From positions 224,001 through 288,000 of the forward strand of contig CAWHEP010000008.1 in the NCBI GenBank assembly GCA_963828525.1: DNA of 64,000 nucleotides, read 5' to 3'. This DNA comes from an uncultured Verrucomicrobiae bacterium (GTDB taxonomy: Bacteria > Verrucomicrobiota > Verrucomicrobiia > Chthoniobacterales > Chthoniobacteraceae). Below, piece after piece: positions 10,002-19,919 of this stretch. The notes under the pieces are model-generated. The model did not search any database. It saw only the letters and a program-made list of their open reading frames with translations, and had not been told where the DNA came from. The stretch's first letter is position 1. Each line of letters opens with the position of its first letter. The translations under genes were made by a program, and so were the position numbers.

Positions 10002-10667
10002 ATGAGCAGCTTGATTCTAGACGCGCGGGCGGTTTCGAAAAGCTATGGCAATCTCACGATCTTGAGTGAAGTGAGCTTCGCTCTGGCTGCGGGGTCGACT
10101 TGCGCGATCGTTGGCCGATCTGGGAGCGGAAAAAGCACTCTGCTGGGTCTCTGCGCTGGGCTGGACAGCCCAAGTTCAGGGAGCGTGTTTCTGGATGGCA
10201 CGGAGTTAGGCCCTCTGGACGAAGATCAGCGGGCAGTCCTTCGCAACAAACTTGTCGGGTTTATTTTCCAGAACTTCCAGCTAATCCCCACACTGACGGC
10301 GCTGGAGAACGTGATGGTCCCGCTGGAGCTGCGCCGTGACCGCGAGGCTAAGGGAGCCGCGGTTGATCTTCTGGAGCGGGTCGGGCTAAAGGCCAGGGCG
10401 ACACATTATCCCACTCAACTTTCCGGAGGCGAACAACAGCGGGTCGCCATTGCCCGCGCTTTTGCCAATCGCCCGAAGATCCTTTTTGCGGATGAGCCCA
10501 CTGGGAACCTGGACGCCGAAACGAGCATGCCGATCACAGAGATGATCTTCGAGTTGAATGCTTCCCACGGAACCGCGCTCGTGCTCGTGACCCACGACGC
10601 GCAACTAGCCGCCCGCGCGGGCCGTGTTCTCAGGATTCATGGGGGAAGGATCGTCACGGAGAGTTAA
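10002..10667 (+). CDS. ABC transporter ATP-binding protein (YbbA/LolD-like)
   Basis: Walker A GRSGSGKS, LSGGEQQRVAIARA and ADEPTGNLD; divergent from tesA, as in the tesA-ybbA arrangement. Confidence 0.92.
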   Translation: MSSLILDARAVSKSYGNLTILSEVSFALAAGSTCAIVGRSGSGKSTLLGLCAGLDSPSSGSVFLDGTELGPLDEDQRAVLRNKLVGFIFQNFQLIPTLTALENVMVPLELRRDREAKGAAVDLLERVGLKARATHYPTQLSGGEQQRVAIARAFANRPKILFADEPTGNLDAETSMPITEMIFELNASHGTALVLVTHDAQLAARAGRVLRIHGGRIVTES

Positions 10668-11746
10668 GTGGGGCGGTCGCCGCGCGACTGCGTATGCGGG
10701 CAATTGAGTCGACAATGTAAGCGCGCTGGTCAGCGCTTATGCTGTCGTCGGCGAGAGCAATGTTAAACTGCTCCAGAGAGGGTTGGGCATCTCCGCTGGC
10801 GGCGTATGCCTGGGCAAGATAGATACGATACCCGGTCACCGGCGCGCCATCCTTTTGCGCAAGTTCTACCAACGTTTTAAGCGCGCCGATCTCACTCTGG
10901 AAAGCATGCGCCTGGTGCGCAATCCTCGCGTGAAGAAAGAGCATGAAAGGATCGCGGGGAGAACGTTCGATGATCCTGGATGTGACATCGTAGGCGGCAT
11001 CGTAGCGACGGCTAAGCGAGAGGAGCTGCGCTCGGACGACCATCGCTGCCAAGTAGCTCTCGTCGAGACTCAACGCCTGATCGGCGTCACTCAAACCCTC
11101 ATCGTACCTGCTTAAGGCGGAGGTGATATTCAGCAGATTGAGTCCAGGCAGCGACGTTCTTCTTGTCCTTCCGGATGGCCTCATCGAGGTAGCTCTTCGC
11201 AAGACGCGGCTGGTTGACCCAGATCAATCGTCCGGCAGCCTGGGCCAGAAACTCGGCCTGTGAAGAAGCAGAGCTATGGGCGAACTTTTCGCGGACGACG
11301 TTTAGATCTTGAGGATCCCACTTGCGCGGGGCATTTCGCTGAAAAATCAGACTGGTGTGGTCAACGTATACCAGGGAAAAGTCCTTCGTATCCAGCAGAT
11401 GCTGGACGAGCGGGCGGAACTGATTCGGGCCTGCCAGCAGGACTGTTTCAAAATGCTCCTTGTGGTCGAGCCGCCTCCACAGGGCCGGATTCTGCATGGC
11501 CAGCGCAAACTGCTCCACCCGGCTGGAATCCTTGTTGCGGTCGTCCGGAACGGTGAGATCGGGGCGTGAGGCCACCAGGAACGGCCGGGCATATGGGGTG
11601 TAGAACACCGGCTTTGCCGTAAGCGCTCGCACGGCGAGAAGCGGGGTGGTCAATTCCGGATCAGCTTTCGCGGGCCATATAAAGCGCGCCGAGAGTGCCG
11701 CCAGCAGACCCGCTGCCAGATATGGGATGGCCTTCTTCAGGCTCAC
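10654..11746 (-). CDS. TPR-containing exported protein, split by a 1-nt frameshift at about 11108
   Basis: ORFs 11099..11746 and 10654..11202 join as ...HLRLKQ/YDEGLSDADQAL... if one G is removed; helical TPR-like repeats; N-terminal hydrophobic signal. Confidence 0.7.
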
Positions 11747-12894
11747 ATTGTCCTATAAAGCATCTCAAGCGTCAGAACGCCGTAGGAGGTCGCGAGGACG
11801 GGATCTTTCTCCCAGAACCTTCCGTTTTGGTTCGCCCACGAACCGTCGTTTGCCTGGAGATCAATCATGCGCTTGGCAAGATCGCTCTTCCAGTCCACCC
11901 GGGTGCCATCCGCCATCGCCAGCGTGTCCACGCCGTATGTGGACAGGCCTTTCGCCATGGTCTGAAAATAATAGTAGAGACCCTGCATGCCCATTCCCGG
12001 ATTCTCTGTAACGGAATAGTGCTTTTGCAACCATGCGAACACAGCTTGCACGCGCGGGTCATCGCGTTTGAGATCGGCGTAGATATAGCTGAGAAGCCCA
12101 GCGTAACTCATGCTTCCATAGGAGCGAAGAGCCGTGCTTCCGTCCGCGAGTTTCATCTCTCCGGCCTCGCTTCCACCCGGCTCGTACATAAAGCCGCCCT
12201 TGTTTTCGGGATCATCAGACGCATGGCCGTCCTTATTGTATTCGCGCAGGTTTTGACAACGCTGCACGAACGCCAGAGCCGCCTCCCAATTTAAATCCTT
12301 CTCCGTCGATTTCTCCCCCTGATCCTTGAATCTTCGCGTGGCTTGGAGCGCTTCCAGAGCGAAGACGGTGTTGGACAGATCGGAATGAGGCTCATCGTCA
12401 CCGTATCCGATCCCGCCTCCATATTTGCCACTTGAAGTGGATTGCTGACCAATGGTGAAGGCGCGCGCCTTGCGCAAAATAGTGTCGTAGGCGGGGTTCT
12501 CACTGGCAACAAAGGCCATCATGGAAATAGACGTGTTGTAGTTTACCAGTTCGTCCTTCTTGTAGATGCCGCCATCCGCGTGGACGCAGCTTTCCAGAAA
12601 TCGGTAGCCGTTCCTGACAAAATCCGCCGCGCGGTAAGTGCCTACCGGTTCATGCATGAAACTTGTGAGCGCCAGCGCCGTCAGCGCCGGGTATTCCTGG
12701 GCGCTCCAGTATCCCGCCGGATTTTGTTTTGCCTTGAGAAACTCGAGGCCTTTTCCAATAGCGTGAGCGACCTCATTGCGGAGAGAAAGGTTCCTGGGGT
12801 CGCGCGGGAGAAGCTTCGCCTCATCGCACCGGGCCAACGGCGAGGCGGCTAGCAGAAGAGTGAGGCAGAGATATTTGGCTTGTCGGATGTTCAT
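11743..12894 (-). CDS. Prenyltransferase/squalene-oxidase repeat (QW alpha/alpha-barrel) exported protein
   Basis: QW-type repeats KQNPAGYW and LQANDGSW; GGFMY; YGSMSYAGL; signal peptide; no DxDD. Confidence 0.85.
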   Translation of the reverse strand: MNIRQAKYLCLTLLLAASPLARCDEAKLLPRDPRNLSLRNEVAHAIGKGLEFLKAKQNPAGYWSAQEYPALTALALTSFMHEPVGTYRAADFVRNGYRFLESCVHADGGIYKKDELVNYNTSISMMAFVASENPAYDTILRKARAFTIGQQSTSSGKYGGGIGYGDDEPHSDLSNTVFALEALQATRRFKDQGEKSTEKDLNWEAALAFVQRCQNLREYNKDGHASDDPENKGGFMYEPGGSEAGEMKLADGSTALRSYGSMSYAGLLSYIYADLKRDDPRVQAVFAWLQKHYSVTENPGMGMQGLYYYFQTMAKGLSTYGVDTLAMADGTRVDWKSDLAKRMIDLQANDGSWANQNGRFWEKDPVLATSYGVLTLEMLYRTM

Positions 12895-13649
12895 GGGGTG
12901 TTCGGGTGTTGAATTTGAATCGTAATTCGCACAGGAGTCTGCAACGGCGGCGTCCGGTCGGGAGCTACTTCCCAGATCTGGTCGTCGTCATGCCCTGGTC
13001 GAGGATTGTTTATGAGAGCCTCTGGGTCGAGAATGACGGCTGCAATGGAGCGATCCTGCTGGGCGAGGAATGCGCCATGATAAAAGGAGGAACCGTTGTA
13101 TGTCCATTGCCCGCGGGCCATAGGCAGCTTCGCCTCCGTGTTATTTACAAAATCCTCCGCATTGGTGAGACGCTCCTTTCCATTTTCGTTCCATCTTACC
13201 TGGATTTCAATGGCGTCTCCTTTTAGCTGGGGAGCGCGCTTCAGGTAAGCAGAACTGATGTTGGAAGGGGGCATCTCCTTGGCAATAGCCGCGCTGTCCG
13301 GATTTCCTTTCGCGCCAATGAGCAGCATCGCGAGGTGGATAGTGTAGGGCTGTACCTCCGTGACAAAGAGACTCTCATGCGTTTTCCCTCCCTTCCCTAC
13401 GAGCAGATACTCTATGTTGCCCTCACGCATGTTTATACTAGCGGGAAAGGTCACTGTTTCCGCGCGCTTGTCCAGCGTCACGCCTCCCACTTCAAGCGTG
13501 CCGTCCGCGTTCGCTTTTACCGGAGTGGCTGGTGGAACGGCTTCCTGCGCGAAACAGACCGCGAGGGGAAGAAGCGGGGAGAGAAACAAAAGGCAGAGCG
13601 CGCTCCTCAAAGAAAACACGGCCCTTGAAGGAGATGGGGAATTCGTCAC
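12891..13649 (-). CDS. YdjY-domain exported protein (start uncertain)
   Basis: IEYLLVGKGGKTHESLF, HLAMLLIG and WTYNGS motifs; signal peptide; 4-nt overlap with the next gene. Confidence 0.72.
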   Translation of the reverse strand: MTNSPSPSRAVFSLRSALCLLFLSPLLPLAVCFAQEAVPPATPVKANADGTLEVGGVTLDKRAETVTFPASINMREGNIEYLLVGKGGKTHESLFVTEVQPYTIHLAMLLIGAKGNPDSAAIAKEMPPSNISSAYLKRAPQLKGDAIEIQVRWNENGKERLTNAEDFVNNTEAKLPMARGQWTYNGSSFYHGAFLAQQDRSIAAVILDPEALINNPRPGHDDDQIWEVAPDRTPPLQTPVRITIQIQHPNTP

Positions 13650-13664
13650 AAGCGGTAAGCAACG

Positions 13665-13737
13665 TGGAGCCGAGGGGATTCGAACCCCTGACCCCCGCAA
13701 TGCCATTGCGGTGCTCTACCAACTGAGCTACGACCCC
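13665..13737 (-). tRNA. tRNA-Ala (GGC), CCA not encoded
   Basis: Reverse complement GGGGTCGTAGCTCAGTTGGTAGAGCACCGCAATGGCATTGCGGGGGTCAGGGGTTCGAATCCCCTCGGCTCCA folds as a cloverleaf with anticodon GGC and a G3:U70 pair. Confidence 0.97.
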
Positions 13738-13776
13738 GAAGCTGAGCGGCGACTCTACGCAGCACCCGGCAGGTTG

Positions 13777-14832
13777 TCACGAAATTTTCCGCTCGCTGGG
13801 GGTGGCGCAGGCTGCAAGCCTGTCTTCTTCGGGACGCGGATCCCGGCTTAAAAGTTCCATCAATGCGGCCTTGGGAGACTTGCCACCGTACAGGACGGCA
13901 TGCACCTGATCAATGATCGGGGTCTCGACGCGCAGCTTGCGGGCGCATTCAAAGGCTCCCAGAGCGGTGGGCACGCCTTCGGCGACCATGTTCATGGATC
14001 GCGCAATTTCGGCGAGCGACTCACCGCGTCCCAATCGCTCTCCTACCCTGCGATTTCTGCTGTGGGAGCTGAAACAGGTGACCATCAGGTCTCCAATCCC
14101 ACTCAGGCCCTGGAAGGTTTCGCGGCGTCCTCCCAAAGCTGTCCCGAGGCGATTCAACTCGGCGAGCGACCGGGTAACGAGGGCAGCCTTGGAGTTATCC
14201 CCAAGCCCCAACCCGTCGCTGACGCCGGCCGATATGGCAAAGATGTTTTTGAGAGCGCCGCCGAGTTCGATGCCCGCGACATCGTCGCTCGTGTAGATAC
14301 GAAAGTACTTGCTGGAGAAAAGACGCTGCAGGACCCCGGCAACTTCCTCGCTCTGCGATCCCAGCACCGCTGCCGTCGGCATCCTCCGCGCCACTTCGGT
14401 GGCATGATTTGGACCTGAAAGAGTCGCAACGCGATTGCGAGGGAATAATTCGGAAATGATCTGAGTCATCCTCAAGCCGGTGCCGTGTTCGATCCCCTTC
14501 GTGCAGGAGACAAAAACAGTCTCCGGTGAAGGGTTAAGGGAGGCAAACTCGCCAGCGACATGCCGGACGGCTTTGGAGGGAGTGACAAAGAGGATGACAC
14601 CGGCGTCCAGCAAATCCGCGAGTGAGGTGGTGGGATTAATCGCGGGCGGGAGCGAGACCTCCGGGAGATAAGCCGCGTTCACCCGGCTCGATTTTATCGC
14701 GGCGATTTTGGCCGGATCGTGCCCCCAGAGAGAAACAGACGCGCCTTGCCCGGCAAGAAGCACGGCAAGCGAAGTCCCCCAACTGCCCGCGCCGATCACC
14801 CCGACCCGGCTCGCTAGCAAATCACCTGCCAT
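13777..14832 (-). CDS. gpsA: NAD(P)H-dependent glycerol-3-phosphate dehydrogenase
   Basis: GAGSWG, CTKGIE, LSGPNHA, GGALKN, GDLMVTC..HSRN and VAEGV. Confidence 0.97.
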   Translation of the reverse strand: MAGDLLASRVGVIGAGSWGTSLAVLLAGQGASVSLWGHDPAKIAAIKSSRVNAAYLPEVSLPPAINPTTSLADLLDAGVILFVTPSKAVRHVAGEFASLNPSPETVFVSCTKGIEHGTGLRMTQIISELFPRNRVATLSGPNHATEVARRMPTAAVLGSQSEEVAGVLQRLFSSKYFRIYTSDDVAGIELGGALKNIFAISAGVSDGLGLGDNSKAALVTRSLAELNRLGTALGGRRETFQGLSGIGDLMVTCFSSHSRNRRVGERLGRGESLAEIARSMNMVAEGVPTALGAFECARKLRVETPIIDQVHAVLYGGKSPKAALMELLSRDPRPEEDRLAACATPSERKIS

Positions 14833-15475
14833 CGATGTTTTTCCGCCTCTCGAAGCGGTTCTCCGTTCCGGCGACGAGACGTTGTATATTTGCGCGGTGG
14901 CGCCAAAAGACAAGGGCGGAGATAAGCAGCGCGAAATGAAAAAGCGGGCTGCGCGCGGCGTCGCTCGGCGAGAGGGCGATAAGCAGGGCCAGCGGCAGAG
15001 ATAAAGCGGCCATCAACGACGCCAGCGAGACATATCGCGTTGAGAAAAAAACGATTGCCCAGACCATGATAACGATCAGCGCCTGAAGCGGCATCAAACC
15101 AATGAGCACGCCGGCGGAGGTCGCTACACCCTTGCCACCCTTGAACCGAAGCCAGCATGGGAAATTGTGGCCGATGATGCAGCAAACAGCCGCGACAATC
15201 CCGATCAACTCCGGAGAAGGAGAGAAAAGACCGCAGTGACGGGCGATACGCATCGAAAGGTATACCGCGAAGAACCCCTTGGCGGCATCGCATAGGAAGA
15301 CAGGAATCCCCCACTTCCTGCCAAGGACCCGAAGGACATTCGTCGCCCCGATGTTGCCACTCCCGAGGGTTCGGATGTCGACGCCCTTGCATCGGCCGGC
15401 GAGGAACCCGAACGGGATCGAGCCGGCAAGATAGCTTGCCAGAAAAAGCAGTCCCGTCGAGATGGCGGGGTTCAT
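14822..15475 (-). CDS. plsY: Glycerol-3-phosphate acyltransferase PlsY
   Basis: GSGNIGATNVLR, DAAKG, GHNFP, FKGGKGVAT and HRANIQRL. Confidence 0.96.
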   Translation of the reverse strand: MNPAISTGLLFLASYLAGSIPFGFLAGRCKGVDIRTLGSGNIGATNVLRVLGRKWGIPVFLCDAAKGFFAVYLSMRIARHCGLFSPSPELIGIVAAVCCIIGHNFPCWLRFKGGKGVATSAGVLIGLMPLQALIVIMVWAIVFFSTRYVSLASLMAALSLPLALLIALSPSDAARSPLFHFALLISALVFWRHRANIQRLVAGTENRFERRKNIDGR

Positions 15476-15506
15476 TGCCTTCGTCCAAGGAGCAAACACC
15501 CTGAAC

Positions 15507-17252
15507 TCATTTCCGTTTGACCTTGAGTTCAGCTTCAATCTCCCCAAGCGGCTTGCAGTTGATTACATCTTCGCGAGTCAGCCAGCCCTTGCGGGCAGCG
15601 GCTACTCCGAACCACAGATGCTCGAGACGCTGTGTGTCATGAGCGTCGGGGTTTATCACACAGCGGACGCCCTTCTCCTTTGCCAGCGGCCACCAGCGCC
15701 AGTCCATATCCAATCGCCGGGGATTCGCATTCAGCTCGATGACGGTGTGGGTGGCCGCGGCCGCTTCAATAATCGCTGGCACATCCACTTTGTAAGGCTG
15801 GCGAGTCAGGAGCAGCCGCCCTGTCAGATGACCGAGAAAGGTCACATAGGGGTTGCTAATGGCGCGGATGATGCGGGCTGTCATCTCCGCTTCCGAAAGA
15901 GTAAAGCCCGCATGCACCGAGGCGACGACGTAGTCGAGCCCTGCCAGGACGTCATCTGGAAAATCAAGCGTTCCGTCTCTGAGGATGTCGCACTCAACGC
16001 CTGTGAAGAGGCGGAAGCCCTCGAACCTCTTGTTCATCTCGCCTATTTCCTTCTTCTGCGCTTCGAGCCGCGTCAGATCAAGGCCGTGGGCCTGGACAGA
16101 ACTCTTGCTGTGGTCCGCGATGCCAAGATACTGAAGGCCCAGATCCTGCGCCGCCCCCGCCATCTCCGCGAGCGTGCATCTTCCGTCACTCGCTATCGTG
16201 TGATTGTGGAAGGCCCCGCGCAAATTGCTCAACTCGACGAGAGTTGGCAAGTCTCCACGTTCGGCCGCGGCGAACTCCCCGCGATCCTCGCGGAGTTCCG
16301 GTTCGATATAGGGCAGCCCCATGGCGGAATACAGTTCCTGCTCATCTCGCACTTCAGGAAGAGTCTGTGATTTTTTCGCGCCGTCCACCTTCGCGAGGCG
16401 GTACTCATTCAAAGTCCATCCGCGCTGCAAGGCCCTATTTCGCATGACAATGTTATGCTCCTTGCTGCCGGTGAAATAGTTCATCGCGAAAGGATATTGA
16501 GCGTCGGTGACAACCCGAATGTCAGCCTGTATGCCTGAGGAAAGGCGGACGCTGGATTTCGTAGGGCCGTTCGCAATAACGCTTTGAACGAGCGGATGCT
16601 TCACGAACTGAAGGCTCACGGCCTCTGGATTTTTCGTCGATACGATGAAATCCAAATCATGCACGATCTCTTTTCGACGCCGATAGCTGCCAGCAACACT
16701 CGCATGGATCGTATCCGGATGAGCTCGAAGATCCTCGAGCAGCTCTTCCGCAGCCTTTGCCGCGTCGGAGAGCAGGTGGCTGCCAGATTGCGCGGAGCGC
16801 TGCTCGATGGCCTGCAGTAAGTTTGTCGCGGTTTTCTGGCCAAAACCAGGAAGTCCGGCAATGCGGCCGTCTTCGCAGGCAGCCTTGAGAGCTTCCAAGT
16901 TTGTTATCTGGAGCTTGTCATGCAACAACTTGATCTTCTTCGCGCCCAATCCCGGCAGCGCGAACATTTCAAAGATTTGTGGTGGAAATTCGGCTTGGAG
17001 CGCCTCGTACGACGGGAGCCTGCCGGTATTCACCAGCTCTGTGATCTTCTCTGAGATCGCCTTTCCGACGCCCGGGATTTCAGTAAGGCGCTCTTCTTCG
17101 ACGGCTTTGAAAATGTCCTCTGACGAAGCTTCCAGGGCGCGAGCCGCATTTGTGTACGCGCGGATTTTGAATGGGTTCTCCCCTTTCAATTCAAGAAGGC
17201 GGGAGATCGACTCCAAAATATCGACGATTCCCTCCTTGGTGATGGCGTTCAT
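15507..17252 (-). CDS. polX: DNA polymerase X / PHP-domain 3'-5' exonuclease
   Basis: ENPFKIRAY, HhH motifs, AGSYRR..HDLDF and QADIR (three Asp intact), FTGSKEHN; PHP motifs HNH, DHS and DAH. Confidence 0.96.
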   Translation of the reverse strand: MNAITKEGIVDILESISRLLELKGENPFKIRAYTNAARALEASSEDIFKAVEEERLTEIPGVGKAISEKITELVNTGRLPSYEALQAEFPPQIFEMFALPGLGAKKIKLLHDKLQITNLEALKAACEDGRIAGLPGFGQKTATNLLQAIEQRSAQSGSHLLSDAAKAAEELLEDLRAHPDTIHASVAGSYRRRKEIVHDLDFIVSTKNPEAVSLQFVKHPLVQSVIANGPTKSSVRLSSGIQADIRVVTDAQYPFAMNYFTGSKEHNIVMRNRALQRGWTLNEYRLAKVDGAKKSQTLPEVRDEQELYSAMGLPYIEPELREDRGEFAAAERGDLPTLVELSNLRGAFHNHTIASDGRCTLAEMAGAAQDLGLQYLGIADHSKSSVQAHGLDLTRLEAQKKEIGEMNKRFEGFRLFTGVECDILRDGTLDFPDDVLAGLDYVVASVHAGFTLSEAEMTARIIRAISNPYVTFLGHLTGRLLLTRQPYKVDVPAIIEAAAATHTVIELNANPRRLDMDWRWWPLAKEKGVRCVINPDAHDTQRLEHLWFGVAAARKGWLTREDVINCKPLGEIEAELKVKRK

Positions 17253-17349
17253 GGTGGAAGAGGCTAGCGGATTGTCCAAGCGGGATGGAAGTTAGAACTG
17301 GCCCCTCCAGGTCCAGGCAGGCGCGCTGCGTCGGTCTTTTCGACTGGAC

Positions 17350-18675
17350 TCACGGTGAGGCGGAAGGCGACGGGACTGCTGGAGTCGCCACCGGTGAAGG
17401 CAGAGTAGGAGATGGCGACGGCGACGGCGACTGCATTGGTTTCGTGAGATCCTCCCATTTGTGCAATTCGCCTTTCCATCCGCCCAGTTCAGTCATTAGG
17501 GCGGCGCATCGCTCCGTCCATTTCGCATAATCGGGGGGCCCCGGCGGAGTGAGGGCTGATCCCGGGAATACCAGATACGAAACTTTGAGATCCGTGACTG
17601 GACTAATGTTAGCGCTCGCCGCCGCGTTGATCTCCCTGCCGAGCCGGAGAGAGGCTTCTCCAATTTTGTCATTCGGCCCGACGTCCCCAAAAATCGCGGG
17701 GTAAAGCTGATCCTTGAAAATCACCACGCAGAAATCACCGAGCTTTGGCGCGAAAGGGTCGCTGGTCTGGGCAAGCATGAAACCGGGGAGCACGATGTAG
17801 GGGTCCAATTCCGCGACAAGGAAACTGTTTTTCTTCACCTGGCCGATCTCATACCGCAGGTTGCCGATGGCGTCCCGAACCTGGCGATCACGTTCGCCCG
17901 AATTGGCCTGGGTGTCACGCTCCACCTCCATAACGCGCAATTTCGCCTCGAAACCGGCCAGGAAGGGATTCGGCACGGCGGTTCTCTTCGGCCACCGGTA
18001 GCTGGTGATCGGCTGAAAAGTGGAGGAACTGGCATCTACAGTGGCGACCCGATCACTATCGGAGCCGTCCGTATCCACATCCATCTGCGCCTGGATGAAC
18101 AAAGCTTTTCTCCGCGAAGCCGGATGCTCCAACTCAAGGATCGTTTCACAATCATAGAAATGGCGTCGGCTTAGCAATTGATCAATTCGACCGAGATTTT
18201 GTTGCAGGTTCGCGATCTTGATGCGGTAGAAATCCCGGTAGAAGCGCGAGGCTCGAAGAGGGGAGGATGCCGCCTGCGCGCCGAAAATAGCATCAGGCAG
18301 GTGATCGTTTAACGCGCGGATCTTGAGGAAGTCCGTCTCCGGAGTCGGAATCCTCACTTTGACAGCGAGGTCGAGAGCATAGCTCGCAGCATCCTGACGC
18401 TCGGCGATGGCACTCTGCCCATCCACCAACTCGACCGAGGAGTGCACCTGCATCCCGTTAAAGAGTTTTGCTACTTCCATCCGTTTGCTCGGAATTAAAA
18501 GCGGCGCCGGGGATGGGGCGGGCGTTATTGGAGCGGGTGTCTCAGCTTCGTCAACGCGCTCCGTCCGCAGGGAGGGAGGAGAGCATCCCGGCAGGAGCCA
18601 GAGGAGGACGAGTAAGAGAGCTCCCGATCTGAGTCGCGCGGCCACGTCAATGAACGTGCGGGGCGTACCAGGCAA
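17350..18675 (-). CDS. Glycoside hydrolase family 75 (chitosanase-like) putative lipoprotein with a Ser/Pro-rich tail
   Basis: MDVDTDGS, PYIVLP, GDFCVV, AIFGDVGP and IGEASL motifs; lipobox-like LPGC; C-terminal SPSPSPSP. Confidence 0.8.
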   Translation of the reverse strand: MPGTPRTFIDVAARLRSGALLLVLLWLLPGCSPPSLRTERVDEAETPAPITPAPSPAPLLIPSKRMEVAKLFNGMQVHSSVELVDGQSAIAERQDAASYALDLAVKVRIPTPETDFLKIRALNDHLPDAIFGAQAASSPLRASRFYRDFYRIKIANLQQNLGRIDQLLSRRHFYDCETILELEHPASRRKALFIQAQMDVDTDGSDSDRVATVDASSSTFQPITSYRWPKRTAVPNPFLAGFEAKLRVMEVERDTQANSGERDRQVRDAIGNLRYEIGQVKKNSFLVAELDPYIVLPGFMLAQTSDPFAPKLGDFCVVIFKDQLYPAIFGDVGPNDKIGEASLRLGREINAAASANISPVTDLKVSYLVFPGSALTPPGPPDYAKWTERCAALMTELGGWKGELHKWEDLTKPMQSPSPSPSPTLPSPVATPAVPSPSASP

Positions 18676-18976
18676 GGATTGTAAACATCACGCTAGCCGC
18701 GCTCAACAGGGACATGAGGGCGTCGGGCATCACCCGCCTTGTCTCGAGGTAGTGCGGGATAAATCTGCCCGCCAGCATAACCGAAACCACGAGGCCAATC
18801 ATTAAGCCAGGCTGAAAACGCAGTGGCACCAGATAGCCCGCAAGGAGCAGAAGCGCGCCTGAGATTCCTCCAGCTACAAGCGAGGCGACGCTCTTCTTGT
18901 TCACATAACCGATGACGCCACCCAGTATCGTGAGGACGCCAAAAATGAAATAGTAGAAGGTGGTGACCTTGATCAT
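18647..18976 (-). CDS. TMEM14 family membrane protein
   Basis: GGVIGYVNKKSVASLVAG signature with 4 hydrophobic segments and a C-terminal MP motif. Confidence 0.85.
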   Translation of the reverse strand: MIKVTTFYYFIFGVLTILGGVIGYVNKKSVASLVAGGISGALLLLAGYLVPLRFQPGLMIGLVVSVMLAGRFIPHYLETRRVMPDALMSLLSAASVMFTILAWYAPHVH

Positions 18977-19103
18977 ACGAATGAGATAAGGGAAATCACC
19001 GCGCGGGACAACCCGTTCCGGTCACCATCCCAAGACGAGCGGCCGGCAAACCGCCAAAATCCGAGAGCGCGTTCGCGTTTACCGTCCTCCACAGCGATGA
19101 CTT

Positions 19104-19907
19104 TCATCGCGCCATGTGCCGTGGTCTAGGCAGAAAAGAACGCAGCACGAATATCGGGATCAGACTGACGATGATCATCAACACCGCCACGACAGCTCCA
19201 GGTATGACTCGAGCGCGGTCCCGCATGACGCCGTCAAGAGCCTGCCGGACCACCTGCGTAGAACGCACCTTGAGGGACTCTGGAGCGTCTGTCTGACCGG
19301 ACTCCTTCCTATTGGCGACCCGATGGAACTCGGTATCCACTGGGCCCGGACAGAGAGCCGTAACGGAAACACCTGTGCCGCGAAGCTCCAGCCGGATTGC
19401 TTCCGTAAAACTGCTTACGTATGCCTTGCTTGCGGCATACACAGCCAGATTCGGAACCGGCAGGAGGGCCGCGACGGAACTTACGTTGAGGATCGCTGCC
19501 TGAGGGTGCGCGAGGAGGGTCGGTATCAATGCATGAGTCAGACGTGTGAGCGCCTGAATGTTGACGTCGATGATCCTTTTGATCCGGGTCCAGTCGCTCT
19601 CCTCAAACAAACCGTAGTCCCCCACCCCCGCGTTATTGATGAGGAAATCAATTTTTAGGCCGCTCTCCGTGAGCCACGCGAGAAACTGCGTAACCTGCCC
19701 GGTATCGGCAAGGTCATGCCCGCAAATACGGATATCGAGACGCGGGTGCTCCGCCATTAGTTCGCGTTTGAGTTCCTCAAGCCTTTCCTCGCGGCGGGCG
19801 ACGAGGACGAGGCACTCCGCAAGCGGCGCGAGCTGACGCGCGAACTCCTGCCCGATCCCTGCGGAGGCGCCAGTAATCAGAGCTGTGCAACCGTTTAGAA
19901 ACTGCAT
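19104..19907 (-). CDS. SDR oxidoreductase (DltE-like)
   Basis: TGASAGIG, NNAG, YAASK and CPGPVDT. Confidence 0.93.
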   Translation of the reverse strand: MQFLNGCTALITGASAGIGQEFARQLAPLAECLVLVARREERLEELKRELMAEHPRLDIRICGHDLADTGQVTQFLAWLTESGLKIDFLINNAGVGDYGLFEESDWTRIKRIIDVNIQALTRLTHALIPTLLAHPQAAILNVSSVAALLPVPNLAVYAASKAYVSSFTEAIRLELRGTGVSVTALCPGPVDTEFHRVANRKESGQTDAPESLKVRSTQVVRQALDGVMRDRARVIPGAVVAVLMIIVSLIPIFVLRSFLPRPRHMAR

Positions 19908-19919
19908 AAGAAGAGCACC

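Noticed and set aside
11743..12894. Squalene-hopene cyclase call
   Set aside because: Single barrel of 383 aa with a signal peptide and no DxDD motif.
13650..13706. 5' extension of the YdjY ORF to 13706
   Set aside because: It overlaps tRNA-Ala, so the real start must be downstream of 13665.
13665..13737. tRNA-Ala as an integration site for a genomic island
   Set aside because: No integrase is nearby and I found no duplicate of its 3' end in the window.
15462..16370. 302-aa plus-strand ORF (and similar ones at 124..924, 26481..27458, 39965..40738, 42464..43387)
   Set aside because: These are antisense shadows of well-supported genes, expected in GC-rich DNA with codon bias.
15507..17252. 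Inactive PolX variant
   Set aside because: The three catalytic aspartates (DLD, D in QADIR) and the PHP ligands are present, so it looks canonical.
17350..17435. GGCGAC hexamer repeats
   Set aside because: They encode the Ser/Pro low-complexity tail of GH75 and are not an independent repeat element.
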